Shown one piece after another: positions 1 through 9,099 of a stretch of DNA of 32,805 nucleotides; within the stretch, counting starts at the first letter, position 1; every line of letters begins with the position of its first letter. The notes below the pieces were generated by a model. It was not told where the DNA came from. It was given only the letters and a program-made list of their open reading frames with translations, and made no database searches. A program made the position numbers and the translations under genes. Source of the stretch: a virus (taxonomy: Duplodnaviria > Caudoviricetes); IMG/VR virus record IMGVR_UViG_3300005077_000068, positions 1 through 32,805 of that record; one strand, written 5' to 3'.

Positions 1-68
1 AACAAGCGCAGCGCTGGACAGGTTGAGCGTGCTGTTGACTGGCAAGCCACTGACGGCAGGAGATGGCC
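1..68. repeat. Terminal direct repeat (assembly overlap), identical to 32738-32805
   Basis: AACAAGCGCAGCG...GGAGATGGCC occurs identically at both ends, and an ORF reads through the junction. Confidence 0.97.
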
Positions 69-193
69 CAGCATCGTTCCTCGACAGCGTCGAGGCAAAT
101 GCAGATGTGCCGCCGACGCCATTGCCACTGTGGACCCTCTGCCTTGGCTTCCATACCTGGTACTTCCGGTGGATCGGATGGAGGAAGCCATGA
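1..193 (+). CDS. 3' part of a hypothetical protein spanning the circular junction (starts at ATG 32727)
   Basis: Reads MSEQTSAALDRLSVLLTGK...WYFRWIGWRKP; TGA 191-193 overlaps the next ATG (ATGA). Confidence 0.7.
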   Translation, partial: TSAALDRLSVLLTGKPLTAGDGPASFLDSVEANADVPPTPLPLWTLCLGFHTWYFRWIGWRKP

Positions 194-477
194 CCCTCTT
201 GGACCGCCTCGCCGACCGCGCCATCGTCGATCGCTGCCCGCCGATGTGGCTGCGGCATCTGGTCCCGTGGTGGCTGATCTACTGGACCGAACGACGGGTT
301 GGGCTGTGCCGGTGCGGGATCGTGATGTGGAAGCTCGGATACGACGAGTGGCCGTGGCATCGGCCGAAAGACGACTGCTTCTGCGGACCTACGCCGACGA
401 GTATGTGCTACTGCGGGAAGTTCAGACGAGACGCCAGTGGCAACGTGGTGGAGAACAGGGAGGATCCCAAGCCATGA
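190..477 (+). CDS. Hypothetical Cys/Trp-rich protein
   Basis: ATGA coupling at both ends; GGAGG upstream; CRC, CFC and CYC motifs. Confidence 0.65.
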   Translation: MTLLDRLADRAIVDRCPPMWLRHLVPWWLIYWTERRVGLCRCGIVMWKLGYDEWPWHRPKDDCFCGPTPTSMCYCGKFRRDASGNVVENREDPKP

Positions 478-770
478 CCGACTCCCAGTGGTCCCGCTGG
501 CGCTTTGCCATCCTCGCAGTGTGCGTGGCGGTGGTAGCTATCGCCGTGCTGCGCGTCGAGTGCGTCGTGAGGTGTGACGCCGCCAGGCCGCGCGTGCTTG
601 TGGAGTATCGGTGGCTGGATAGCCACTGCATACAGATCGGTGACTGGGGAGATAGCATCCAAGCCCGCCCCGCAGGCTATTACGTCACCGGCCGCGCCAC
701 CGTCGAGGATCGCGGGGACACCGTGGTTGTCAGGTGGGAGAAGAGCGGATTGATGGAGGTGATGAGATGA
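474..770 (+). CDS. Hypothetical membrane-anchored protein
   Basis: RBS GGAGG; N-terminal hydrophobic segment FAILAVCVAVVAIAVL; ATGA overlaps. Confidence 0.65.
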   Translation: MTDSQWSRWRFAILAVCVAVVAIAVLRVECVVRCDAARPRVLVEYRWLDSHCIQIGDWGDSIQARPAGYYVTGRATVEDRGDTVVVRWEKSGLMEVMR

Positions 771-1063
771 TGACCGACCTGGCGTTGTGTCCTAGCTACC
801 CGCACACGCAAGCAGTGTCGGCTCCTAAGTCCCGGTTGAGGGCCGAATCGGACGAGGCCGCGATGGCTTACCGGACTCTGTACATATTCCTGGCCATCGG
901 GACTCGGCCCCTCTGTCCTGCGGAGGGATGGAACGAGCAGTACGCGCGCGACTTGTTCGAGCGTGGGGGCTTCCACTACCCGGTGCGATGGATGCCCCGC
1001 ATCGGGGACGGATGGAGACGCCTCACTTACTGCGAGTTCTGCGTGTGGTACGGGCTGTGCTGA
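767..1063 (+). CDS. Hypothetical protein
   Basis: RBS GGAGGT; ATGA coupling. Confidence 0.6.
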   Translation: MMTDLALCPSYPHTQAVSAPKSRLRAESDEAAMAYRTLYIFLAIGTRPLCPAEGWNEQYARDLFERGGFHYPVRWMPRIGDGWRRLTYCEFCVWYGLC

Positions 1064-1329
1064 TCCACTGCCCCGCCGTCCTCGTCGAGCGATCGGCCTG
1101 CCAGGATGCGCCGGCCGACACGGTCGCCGTCACCTTCCCCTTGCCGCAGATCGTCTACGGGATGCCGCCCGGCTGGTACGAAGTCAGCCGCACGACAGAC
1201 GCTGGCCATAGGTGCGTGCCGTTTCGCAGGCTCGTCTTGCGCGACGGCACGCTCTGCTTCCTCGCCAGCGGTCCCGGAACCTTCCGCATCGCCAACTGGA
1301 CCGGCCGGACGGGATGGCTTGCACGCTGA
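1057..1329 (+). CDS. Hypothetical protein
   Basis: GTG start overlapping the upstream stop; fills the gap in the operon. Confidence 0.5.
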   Translation: MLIHCPAVLVERSACQDAPADTVAVTFPLPQIVYGMPPGWYEVSRTTDAGHRCVPFRRLVLRDGTLCFLASGPGTFRIANWTGRTGWLAR

Positions 1330-1396
1330 CACTTGACAGCACCGCAGCCGAAGGAGGACAGTGCCGTTGTCCGACCGGCCATCAAAAGGAGAGCCC

Positions 1397-2110
1397 ATGA
1401 AGATCAAGCGCGTTCCGATCGACACGCTGAGCTTGGATCCCGCGAACCTGCGCCTGCACGATGAGCGCAACGTCGACGCGGTCAAAGCAAGCCTGCGTCT
1501 CTTCGGTCAACAGAAGCCCATCGTGGTAAGCAAAGCGGGCGTCGTTGTCGCAGGCAACTGCACACTTCAGGCAGCGAAGGCTTTGGGATGGAGCGAGATC
1601 GACACGGTGGAAACCGAGCTCGCCGGGCCGGAAGCCATCGCCTACGCGATCGCGGACAACCGGACAGCAGAGCTCGCCGAGTGGAGCGACAAAGAGCTTC
1701 ACGATCAACTCTCATCGCTTGCGGACTCCGGAGTGTCGATCGAAGACCTCGGCTGGAACGAAAGCGAGTTCGACAGGCTTCAGCGGGAGTTCGACCCAGG
1801 AACGATCGAGGACAAAGGGAACGACGCGCAGAAGATCTCGGACATCGTGGAAGCAACCGCGCCGCTCGAACATGGCGAGGTCTGGAAGCTCGGCACGAGC
1901 AAGCTCGTTGTGTGCAGTCCGGTGAAGGACGTTGCGCTGTGGCGGCCGCTGCTCGACGAAGGCACAGAGGAGTTCGTTCCGTGGTGCGGGTTCCTCGCGC
2001 CGCAAGCCGACAAGTACGCCGGTCGACGCGTCCTCTTCGTGCAGCCAGACCGGACACTAGCTGCGATCGCGGTCGCGCTGTATCCGGGAGCCGAGAGGAT
2101 CAAAGCATGA
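1397..2110 (+). CDS. ParB/Srx-like N-terminal domain protein with a methylase-like C-terminal remnant
   Basis: PANLRLHD...SLRLFGQQKPIVV...VVAGN...IADNR is the typical phage ParB-like domain. GEVWKLGTSKLVVC resembles the GDxWxLGxHRLxCGD linker of ParB-methylase fusions. An alternative GTG start lies at 1361. Confidence 0.8.
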   Translation: MKIKRVPIDTLSLDPANLRLHDERNVDAVKASLRLFGQQKPIVVSKAGVVVAGNCTLQAAKALGWSEIDTVETELAGPEAIAYAIADNRTAELAEWSDKELHDQLSSLADSGVSIEDLGWNESEFDRLQREFDPGTIEDKGNDAQKISDIVEATAPLEHGEVWKLGTSKLVVCSPVKDVALWRPLLDEGTEEFVPWCGFLAPQADKYAGRRVLFVQPDRTLAAIAVALYPGAERIKA

Positions 2111-2940
2111 GCACGAAACAAACTGGCGGCACATGGGACCCGAGCGCGCCGCCGATGTACTTCGTCGCCATGACCACGATGTACGACGACGTTCCTGCGC
2201 TCGTGGAGAACGTGCTTCTTCCTGTGACGAACGCCAAAGCGCCCGACGCTCAGGTGATGTTCAACAGCGGGCGACGCCTCAACATCCTCGTCGACTCTGG
2301 CGTGTTCGAACTGGCCGCAGCTCACGCACGCAAGAACAATCTCACGCACGACGAAGCGCTCAGAGCGCCGATCGACGAGATCGAAGGCGCGCTCAAACTG
2401 CTCGACTCCTACGCGGAGTTCGTCTCGCAGCGTGGCGACGAGCTCTGGGGATACGTGGAGTTCGACATCGGTGGACGCGAGCAGAAGATCAAGACGCGAG
2501 CCAAGCTGGAGTCCGCCGGACTGCGGCCGATCCCTGTGATCCATCCGTTGAACGACGGCTGGTCGTACTTCGACGAGATGGCCGACAAGTACGACCGGCT
2601 CTGCGTGGGCAACCTCGTGGGAGCCAGCGAGTCGGTTCGCCGACGCATCCTGTTCGAAGTGCAGCGCCGCAGGCAAGGCAAGGCGGTGAAGTGGATTCAC
2701 GCGCTCGGCGTTACGCCGTCCTCGCTGTGGATGTCGCTGCCGACGGAGAGCTGCGACTCGTCGTCGTTCGCAAACATGACGCGGTGGGGCGGCGAGGCGC
2801 GCGACTACGCTGCGTTCGCACAAGTGCCAGTCGGGATCAAACAGATAACAACGAAGGGAATGATCATGTATAAGATCGAAGTGGCGATCGGTGGCGCGTT
2901 GGGGAGCGCGACAACCGCCGCGCGGCAGGAGATCGGATGA
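2107..2940 (+). CDS. dpdA: tRNA-guanine transglycosylase-like 7-deazaguanine DNA insertase (DpdA family)
   Basis: TGT-fold motifs LVDSGVF, VEFD, PIPVIH, IHALG and SCDSSS; adjacent to folE/queD/queE. Confidence 0.85.
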   Translation: MSTKQTGGTWDPSAPPMYFVAMTTMYDDVPALVENVLLPVTNAKAPDAQVMFNSGRRLNILVDSGVFELAAAHARKNNLTHDEALRAPIDEIEGALKLLDSYAEFVSQRGDELWGYVEFDIGGREQKIKTRAKLESAGLRPIPVIHPLNDGWSYFDEMADKYDRLCVGNLVGASESVRRRILFEVQRRRQGKAVKWIHALGVTPSSLWMSLPTESCDSSSFANMTRWGGEARDYAAFAQVPVGIKQITTKGMIMYKIEVAIGGALGSATTAARQEIG

Positions 2941-3266
2941 GCCTCAAAGTCTACTGCACGACAGCCTTTCGCGGATTCCACAGGTGGGCCGATGCGCCGA
3001 GCGAGGTAAACTACCTCGCCAGCGTTCATCGGCATACTTTCCATGTGCGCGCCGAGTTCGCTGTGCGGCACGGCGGCAGGCACATCGAGTTCATCACGAA
3101 GCAAGCGGAGATCGACAAGGCGATCGCCAGCTTGCGTGTCGAGCCCGATGTCCTTCTGTGGTCGTGCGAGATGTGGGCGGAAGCCATCGGGATAGCAGTA
3201 GGGGCCGACAGCGTGGAAGTGAGCGAGGACGGCGAGAACGGAGCCGTTTGGACAAAGGAGGAGTGA
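2937..3266 (+). CDS. QueD-like T-fold protein, DpdL-type (candidate CDG decarboxylase)
   Basis: GFHRW...LASVHRHTF (LxxxHRHxF in place of the QueD CxxxHGH), SCE and EDGENGA; second QueD paralog in the cluster. Confidence 0.7.
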   Translation: MSLKVYCTTAFRGFHRWADAPSEVNYLASVHRHTFHVRAEFAVRHGGRHIEFITKQAEIDKAIASLRVEPDVLLWSCEMWAEAIGIAVGADSVEVSEDGENGAVWTKEE

Positions 3267-3634
3267 TGTTCACCATCTCAAAGACGTTCGCATTCTGCGC
3301 GAGCCACCGGCTTGAGGGATTGCCTCCGGGGCATCCGTGCGCGCGGATGCACGGCCACAACTACGTCGTCGAAGTCGCGGTGTCCGCGAACGCGTTGAAC
3401 ACAGTGGGCTTCGTGATCGACTATCGCGATCTCGCGCCGTGCCGCGACTTTATTGACAGCAAGTTGGATCACCGGCACCTGAACGACTGCCTGCCTGAAG
3501 GGGTGAACCCCACAGCGGAGGAGATCGCGCGATGGCTGCACGGCGTGTTCTGTTCTCTGCTACCCGTTCCGCCGGCCAATCTCGCCGTCGCTGTTTGCGA
3601 AACACCGAAGACGCGCGCCGAGTACCGGCCATGA
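3266..3634 (+). CDS. queD: 6-carboxy-5,6,7,8-tetrahydropterin synthase
   Basis: FCASHRL, CARMHGHNY, LDHRHLN, NPTAEEIA, ETPKT. Confidence 0.95.
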   Translation: MFTISKTFAFCASHRLEGLPPGHPCARMHGHNYVVEVAVSANALNTVGFVIDYRDLAPCRDFIDSKLDHRHLNDCLPEGVNPTAEEIARWLHGVFCSLLPVPPANLAVAVCETPKTRAEYRP

Positions 3635-4329
3635 TGATCAGCGAAATCTACGGGCCGGTACCGCAAGGTGAAGGACCGGTCGCCGGGATCTGGTCGATCA
3701 TGCTGCGCACCGGCGGCTGCGACTTCCGCTGCGCGTGGTGCGACACGCCGCACGCCGTTCTTCCGGAGAACAAGGCGAGCTGGCAGGAGATGTCCGCGTC
3801 TGACGTCGCACGCGAAGTCGATGCGATGGATCCCAAGTCGCTTGTGCCGCTCGTTACAATCACCGGCGGAAACCCTGCGCTTTGGGAGATGGATGAAGCG
3901 GTTGAACTCCTGCACGCGCAGGGGAGGCTGGTGGCGGTCGAGACTCAAGGCAGCGTCTGGAAGCCGTGGATCGCCAAGTGCGACTTCATTGTTGTCGCGC
4001 CCAAGCCGCCGTCGTCCGGCCATACCCCTGACGATCATCGCGCGATGCCTCTCTTCTTCGACCAGCGCGCCGATCACGCAAGGCAGACGCACATGAAGCT
4101 CACGATCGACCCGAACAGCGAAGACGATGTGCGGTGGGCGATGGACCTCGCTGATCACGTGTGCAAGGACAAGTTCATCGCGTTCGTGCAGCCGGTAACG
4201 CAAGCCGGAGGCGATCCGGTTGCGGCGCTCAGGGATCTCCACCGCGTCATGGTGGAGCGGTCGTGGTACTCAGCGGTCGTGCTGCCGCAGATCCACGCTG
4301 TCTGTCACGGGAGGAAGCGTGCGACATAA
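3631..4329 (+). CDS. queE: 7-carboxy-7-deazaguanine synthase (radical SAM)
   Basis: QGEG, RTGGCDFRCAWCDT (CxxxCxxC), TGGNP, VETQG, PQIH. Confidence 0.95.
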   Translation: MMISEIYGPVPQGEGPVAGIWSIMLRTGGCDFRCAWCDTPHAVLPENKASWQEMSASDVAREVDAMDPKSLVPLVTITGGNPALWEMDEAVELLHAQGRLVAVETQGSVWKPWIAKCDFIVVAPKPPSSGHTPDDHRAMPLFFDQRADHARQTHMKLTIDPNSEDDVRWAMDLADHVCKDKFIAFVQPVTQAGGDPVAALRDLHRVMVERSWYSAVVLPQIHAVCHGRKRAT

Positions 4330-4885
4330 CATCGACATGAAAGCAATCGAAGCAGCAACCTCGGCGATCTTGATCGCAATCGGAGAGGACCCCAGCCGCG
4401 AAGGACTCCGCGACACTCCTGCGCGTGTCGCGCGGTGGTGGCAAGAGTTCATGCTGCGCGAGCGGGAGTCCTCGTGGACTTCGTTCTCCGCAGAGAAGAC
4501 GGACCAGGTAGTCGTTGTTTCCGGCATCCGCGTCTGGTCGCTGTGCGAGCACCATCTGCTTCCGTTCTCGTGCGACTTGACAGTCGGCTATCTGTGCCGC
4601 AAGAAGGTCATCGGGCTGTCGAAGATCCCGCGCGTCTGCCACCTGTTTGCTAGCCGCCTCCAGTTGCAAGAGAGAATGGTAGAGCAGATCGCGGACGAAG
4701 TTGAGCGCATGACCGAGTCCGAGGACGTTGCGGTGATTGGAAGCGGGCGTCATCTGTGTTGCCTCATCCGAGGCGTGAAGACGGACGCAGTCATGCACAC
4801 GAGCGCCATTCGAGGGAGGTTCCGCGATGCCGTCATCCGGCAGGAGTTCTTCGCGCTCGCGCAAGGCCAGCAAGGCCAAGCCTAA
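4319..4885 (+). CDS. folE: GTP cyclohydrolase I
   Basis: GEDPSREGLRDTPARV, SLCEHHLLPF, GLSK, RLQLQER, HLCCLIRG; start is GTG 4319 or ATG 4337. Confidence 0.95.
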   Translation: MRHNIDMKAIEAATSAILIAIGEDPSREGLRDTPARVARWWQEFMLRERESSWTSFSAEKTDQVVVVSGIRVWSLCEHHLLPFSCDLTVGYLCRKKVIGLSKIPRVCHLFASRLQLQERMVEQIADEVERMTESEDVAVIGSGRHLCCLIRGVKTDAVMHTSAIRGRFRDAVIRQEFFALAQGQQGQA

Positions 4886-5315
4886 GCCTTTGCACGCTGG
4901 CCGGCCCGCGATAATCGAAACGGATCGCGGTGCGGCTGTCGTGGAGCGGCTCATCGCGTGCGCGCGTGCGTTCGCGCCCTACGAAACCTGCGCCGCCTAT
5001 GCGGGCATCAACAAGGACACTCTCATCCAATGGCTCAAGCGTGGCGCGCGTGAACTGGACGAAGGCATTGAATCGCCTTACGTGTCACTTCACCGCGACT
5101 TCACGATCGCCCTTGCCAATGCGGAGACCCGTCTCCTCGCTGTGATCCAAACGGCGGCGGCGAAGCAGTGGCAGGCAGCAGCGTGGATCTTGGAGCGGCG
5201 GAAGCCGGTGATCTACGCGCGCCGGTCGTTCGTCGGCCCGGTCGAGGACGACCACGAAGACGAGGAGATCGTCCTGCGCTTCAGCGACGGGCGCACGCTG
5301 GAGGACATTGAGTAG
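4827..5315 (+). CDS. terS: Terminase small subunit
   Basis: GRP motif, HTH-like CAAYAGINKDTLIQW and WQAAAWILERR; directly upstream of terL; GGAGG RBS lies inside folE. Confidence 0.8.
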   Translation: MPSSGRSSSRSRKASKAKPKPLHAGRPAIIETDRGAAVVERLIACARAFAPYETCAAYAGINKDTLIQWLKRGARELDEGIESPYVSLHRDFTIALANAETRLLAVIQTAAAKQWQAAAWILERRKPVIYARRSFVGPVEDDHEDEEIVLRFSDGRTLEDIE

Positions 5316-6555
5316 GCCACCGGCAACGCTGCCGGATCTGCACGCCGGCCAGATGAGCGTGCTCACTTCGCGGGCGCGCTTCCGGCTCGTCGTGTGCGGA
5401 CGACGATGGGGGAAGACCCGGCTTGGCGCGGTCATTGCCACGATCGCGGCGGCGCACCGCAAGCGCGTGTGGTGGGTCGCCCCGACCTACACCGACACCG
5501 AGGTCGGCTGGCGCGAGATCCGCTCGCTGACCGAGCCGATCGGGGGCCGCGAGGCGAAGGGGATCCGCACGATCACGCTGCCGGGCGGCGGCTTCGTGGC
5601 GCGGCGGTCTGCTGACCGCGAGAGCAGCCTGCGCTCTGAAGGGCTCGACCTGATCATCCTCGACGAGTGCGCGTTCATGGAGCGGGCGCGCTGGGAGTAC
5701 GAGCTTCGCTATGCGCTGACGGACCGGCGCGGCGGCGCGCTGTTCATCACGACGCCAGATGGTATGAACTGGATCCACGACCTCTGGGTTGCCGCCGAGC
5801 AGAACCCTGACTGGCAGCGCTGGCAGATGCCCACCTGGACGAACCCGCTCATCCATCCAGACGAAGTCGAAGACGCACGCCAGACGATGGCGACGCTGTC
5901 GTTCGACCAGGAACTCGGCGCGGAGTTCGTTGCACGCAAGGGGATGGCATTCCCTGACTTCAACCTCAAGCGGCACGTGCGCAAGCTGGAGATGGATCCC
6001 GGCCGCCCGCTCTGCCTCGGGCTGGACTACGGCTACCAGACCTTCGCTTGGGTGCTGTTTCAATGGATTGTTGACACGAAGCCTCGCGTCAGTATCCTTG
6101 CCGACGGTGAGTGGCACAACCTCACCACGGAGCAGGCGATGAGCCGTTTGAAAGAACAGCCGTGGTCCGAGAAGGTAGCCGAGATCGGATGCGACCCGGC
6201 AGGCAACGCCCGCACAGCGCAAGGCATCGCTGACGTCATCACGACGCGTGAAGCATTCCCGAGGGCATCGGTGCGCTACTCCTCGGCATCCCGCCATCGG
6301 TCGCCTGAGTGGAGAGCTTCGCGGTTGCGCGATATGCTGTGGAGTTCCGTTGGCGGTGAGAGCTTGCTCATCGACCCGAAGGCAACGGCCACGATCAAGA
6401 TGCTCACGACCAGCCGCTACGTCGGCGCGACTCCATCCGAACCGGAGAAGGACGGCATCGTTGACCACATCCGCGACGCGCTCGGATACGGATTGGTCAA
6501 TACCGTTTGGACAATGGCGAAGCAAGGTGTCGAGAGGAGGACACGCCCGTGGTAA
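5308..6555 (+). CDS. terL: Terminase large subunit
   Basis: Walker A GRRWGKT, Walker B IILDE, ITTP, nuclease GLDYG and DHIRDALGY. Confidence 0.95.
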   Translation: MSRPPATLPDLHAGQMSVLTSRARFRLVVCGRRWGKTRLGAVIATIAAAHRKRVWWVAPTYTDTEVGWREIRSLTEPIGGREAKGIRTITLPGGGFVARRSADRESSLRSEGLDLIILDECAFMERARWEYELRYALTDRRGGALFITTPDGMNWIHDLWVAAEQNPDWQRWQMPTWTNPLIHPDEVEDARQTMATLSFDQELGAEFVARKGMAFPDFNLKRHVRKLEMDPGRPLCLGLDYGYQTFAWVLFQWIVDTKPRVSILADGEWHNLTTEQAMSRLKEQPWSEKVAEIGCDPAGNARTAQGIADVITTREAFPRASVRYSSASRHRSPEWRASRLRDMLWSSVGGESLLIDPKATATIKMLTTSRYVGATPSEPEKDGIVDHIRDALGYGLVNTVWTMAKQGVERRTRPW

Positions 6556-8117
6556 CGATCTATCAGAACAAACCTGCGCCCGCGTACTTCGAGTCGATGA
6601 CCGAGGCGATCATCCTCGCATCGCTGCGGGACTTGGAAGCCAACATCGACGCGCGCATGGCGGCGGTGTATGACGAATACGAGGACTGGTACCTCGGCGG
6701 CAACCTTGTGCAGCAATACCTCTACCGCAACGACAAAGAGAGCGACGACTCGTACTCGGCGCGCGTGCGGCGGCTGGCCAATATCAACTACCTCGCGCGC
6801 ATCGTCGATGAGCTTGTGGACGACGCCTACGGCGAGGAGGTCACGCGCCACTACGGCGAACCGGCAACGCCCGCGCACGAGGAGACGTTGCAGGACTGCC
6901 TCAGCGAGTCGCACATTATCGAAGAGCAGCAAGACTACGCGCGATCCATCGTGCTCTTCGGGAAGGGCGTGGCAAACGTCAGCTTCGACGAGGACGACGG
7001 GCTCGTGAAGGTGCGCGCCGTGCATCCGGGTCAGGTGGCGTACCGCACGCACCCGAACGACCCCAAGCGCATCGTCTCGCTCGTGGAGCGCCGTAGCGCG
7101 TTCGGGCTTGGTGGCTCGAAGTTCGAGGAGGTGGAAACCTTCTGGATCTGGACTGAAACGGAGTTCTGCCAGCTGGACACCAAGCGGCGGTTCATCATCC
7201 CGCCGACGCCGCACCGATACGGGCGCGTTCCATATGTGGTCTTTCGTGGGCGCGGCGTCGTGGGCGAGCGCGAAGGCATCTCCTACGTGCGCGACGTCAT
7301 CGGGATCCAGCGGCTACTCCTCAACCGTGTGAGCGACATCGACAAGCTGACTCGGTATCAGTGTCACGGCGTGCTGGTGATCAAGGGCATCGACGACCGC
7401 GCGGTCACGACCGGCGCGGACTCGTTCATCCGGTTGACGAACCCGGAGGACAATGCCTTCTTCATCTCGCCGAACGCGAACTTCGCAGCGGCCAACGAGT
7501 CGGTCGAACGGCTGGCCGCGATGCTCTTCGAGATCAGCAACGTGCCGCAATCGCTGGTACGCGGCGGGCAGGCGAGCAGCGGACTCCAGCTGGCCATCGA
7601 GATGCGGCCGCTCGTGCGGACCGTGCAGAGCTTGCGCATCCGCTCGTCTGCGGGCGAGCGCGATCTGGTCTGCTGTGTCGCTGCCGTGGGCCGCGCGCAC
7701 GACCCGTCGCGCTACCCGGACCCCAACGCGATCACGCCCGAGGTGACCTTCAAGGACGACTTCCTGCCGTCGGACAAGAACGAGGAGCAGGACCGCGACC
7801 TCGTGCTGTTGAACAACGACCCGCCGCTGATGACCGTGCGGGCGTTCATCGAGAAGCACAACCCGGACATCGCTGGCGATCCGGGCAAGATCGACGAATA
7901 CCTGCGCGAACTGAAGGACGAGGCGGCTGCGCGCGGGCTCGGTGCGATGTTCGGTACGCCGATCAAGACCAGCGCATCGGCGGCAAGCGGCGGCAGCGGT
8001 GAGCCCACGCCGCCGGGCGGTCTCAATCCTCCGGGCGAGCACGAGCTTCCGGGCGGCAAGACGCCCGACGTTGAGCAGGATCCTGACGCTGGCGGCGACT
8101 CGTCGGAGACGCTGTGA
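6549..8117 (+). CDS. Portal protein (SPP1 gp6-like)
   Basis: Follows terL; NYLARIVD, YGRVPYV and SGLQL motifs; acidic tail; GTG start with GAGGAGG RBS. Confidence 0.88.
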   Translation: MVTIYQNKPAPAYFESMTEAIILASLRDLEANIDARMAAVYDEYEDWYLGGNLVQQYLYRNDKESDDSYSARVRRLANINYLARIVDELVDDAYGEEVTRHYGEPATPAHEETLQDCLSESHIIEEQQDYARSIVLFGKGVANVSFDEDDGLVKVRAVHPGQVAYRTHPNDPKRIVSLVERRSAFGLGGSKFEEVETFWIWTETEFCQLDTKRRFIIPPTPHRYGRVPYVVFRGRGVVGEREGISYVRDVIGIQRLLLNRVSDIDKLTRYQCHGVLVIKGIDDRAVTTGADSFIRLTNPEDNAFFISPNANFAAANESVERLAAMLFEISNVPQSLVRGGQASSGLQLAIEMRPLVRTVQSLRIRSSAGERDLVCCVAAVGRAHDPSRYPDPNAITPEVTFKDDFLPSDKNEEQDRDLVLLNNDPPLMTVRAFIEKHNPDIAGDPGKIDEYLRELKDEAAARGLGAMFGTPIKTSASAASGGSGEPTPPGGLNPPGEHELPGGKTPDVEQDPDAGGDSSETL

Positions 8118-9007
8118 AGAAGCTGAGCAAGGCCGAGCAAGCCAAGCTGATGAAGCTGGCGCAGGAGCACGCGAAAGAACTCGCGGCAATCGAGGCGCGG
8201 CTGAAGCGGCGCGTCACCGCCTCGGCGCTGAAGCAGCAAAAGGAGATACTCGGCGCGATCGCTCAGCTATCCGGGACCGTCGATCAGGCGACGCGCGCAA
8301 GGATCGCTGGCGTGGTGAACACAACGATCAAGCGCAACGGCATCGAAGCGGTGAGCGGCATCCTCGAAGAAGCCGGGTCCGCAGCGGCGTCAGTTGGCAA
8401 GATGGCAGCGGCGACCGCGCTGCTCATGGGCCGGAACGATCTGGCGAAGCGCACACTGGCGAACCTCGCGCGGTCGGAAGCGACCGGGCAGTGGCTGAAG
8501 AGCGAGACAGCGAACCGATACGCTGCGGCGTTCGCCGAACAATGGGAGGCAGCGTTCGGCGGCACGCAGCGAGGCTTGGCTCAGGTGTTCACGCGTGCAG
8601 CCTACGGCGGGCTGGACTGGCGCGACGTCTCGCGCAACATCACCGGCGGCATGGGCGACATCAAGGTGCCGCAAGGCATCAACCCGGCGACGTTCGCCGA
8701 GGCGTTCGCGCGCACGAAGGTCGCGGAGATCGCCAATGAGTCTGCGCTGGAGAACGCCCAGGAAGGCGGCATGGAACTGTTCATCAATGTCGGCGTGGTC
8801 GATGAACGCCAATCGGAGGAGTGTTACGACGCGTGCAACGCAGGCGCGATGACGCTCGCCGAGTGGGAAGCGAGCGACTACGGCGTGCCGCCGCGCCATG
8901 AGTTCAACTGCCGGTGCGATCTGGTCCCGGTGCCGTTCGATCCCGAGCTGAAATGGGAGAACAAGACACTTGACGAACGGCGAGAAAGGAGGGACGCTGC
9001 GGAGTGA
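8114..9007 (+). CDS. Minor head protein (Mu gpF/SPP1 gp7-like)
   Basis: C-terminal DER..C..C...PPRHEFNCRC; follows the portal. Confidence 0.85.
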   Translation: MKKLSKAEQAKLMKLAQEHAKELAAIEARLKRRVTASALKQQKEILGAIAQLSGTVDQATRARIAGVVNTTIKRNGIEAVSGILEEAGSAAASVGKMAAATALLMGRNDLAKRTLANLARSEATGQWLKSETANRYAAAFAEQWEAAFGGTQRGLAQVFTRAAYGGLDWRDVSRNITGGMGDIKVPQGINPATFAEAFARTKVAEIANESALENAQEGGMELFINVGVVDERQSEECYDACNAGAMTLAEWEASDYGVPPRHEFNCRCDLVPVPFDPELKWENKTLDERRERRDAAE

Positions 9008-9099
9008 TCAGCGACACCGGGTCTCACCCCGGGCGGCGACCGGCAGCCAAGCGCCGGGATGAAGCGCGAAACCCGAACTGAAGATGGAGGGACAATCCC

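Noticed and set aside
1333-1362. Perfect TTGACA -35 upstream of the modification/terminase operon
   Set aside because: No convincing -10 at 16-18 bp (GACAGT at best); it could be an activator-dependent late promoter but cannot be supported.
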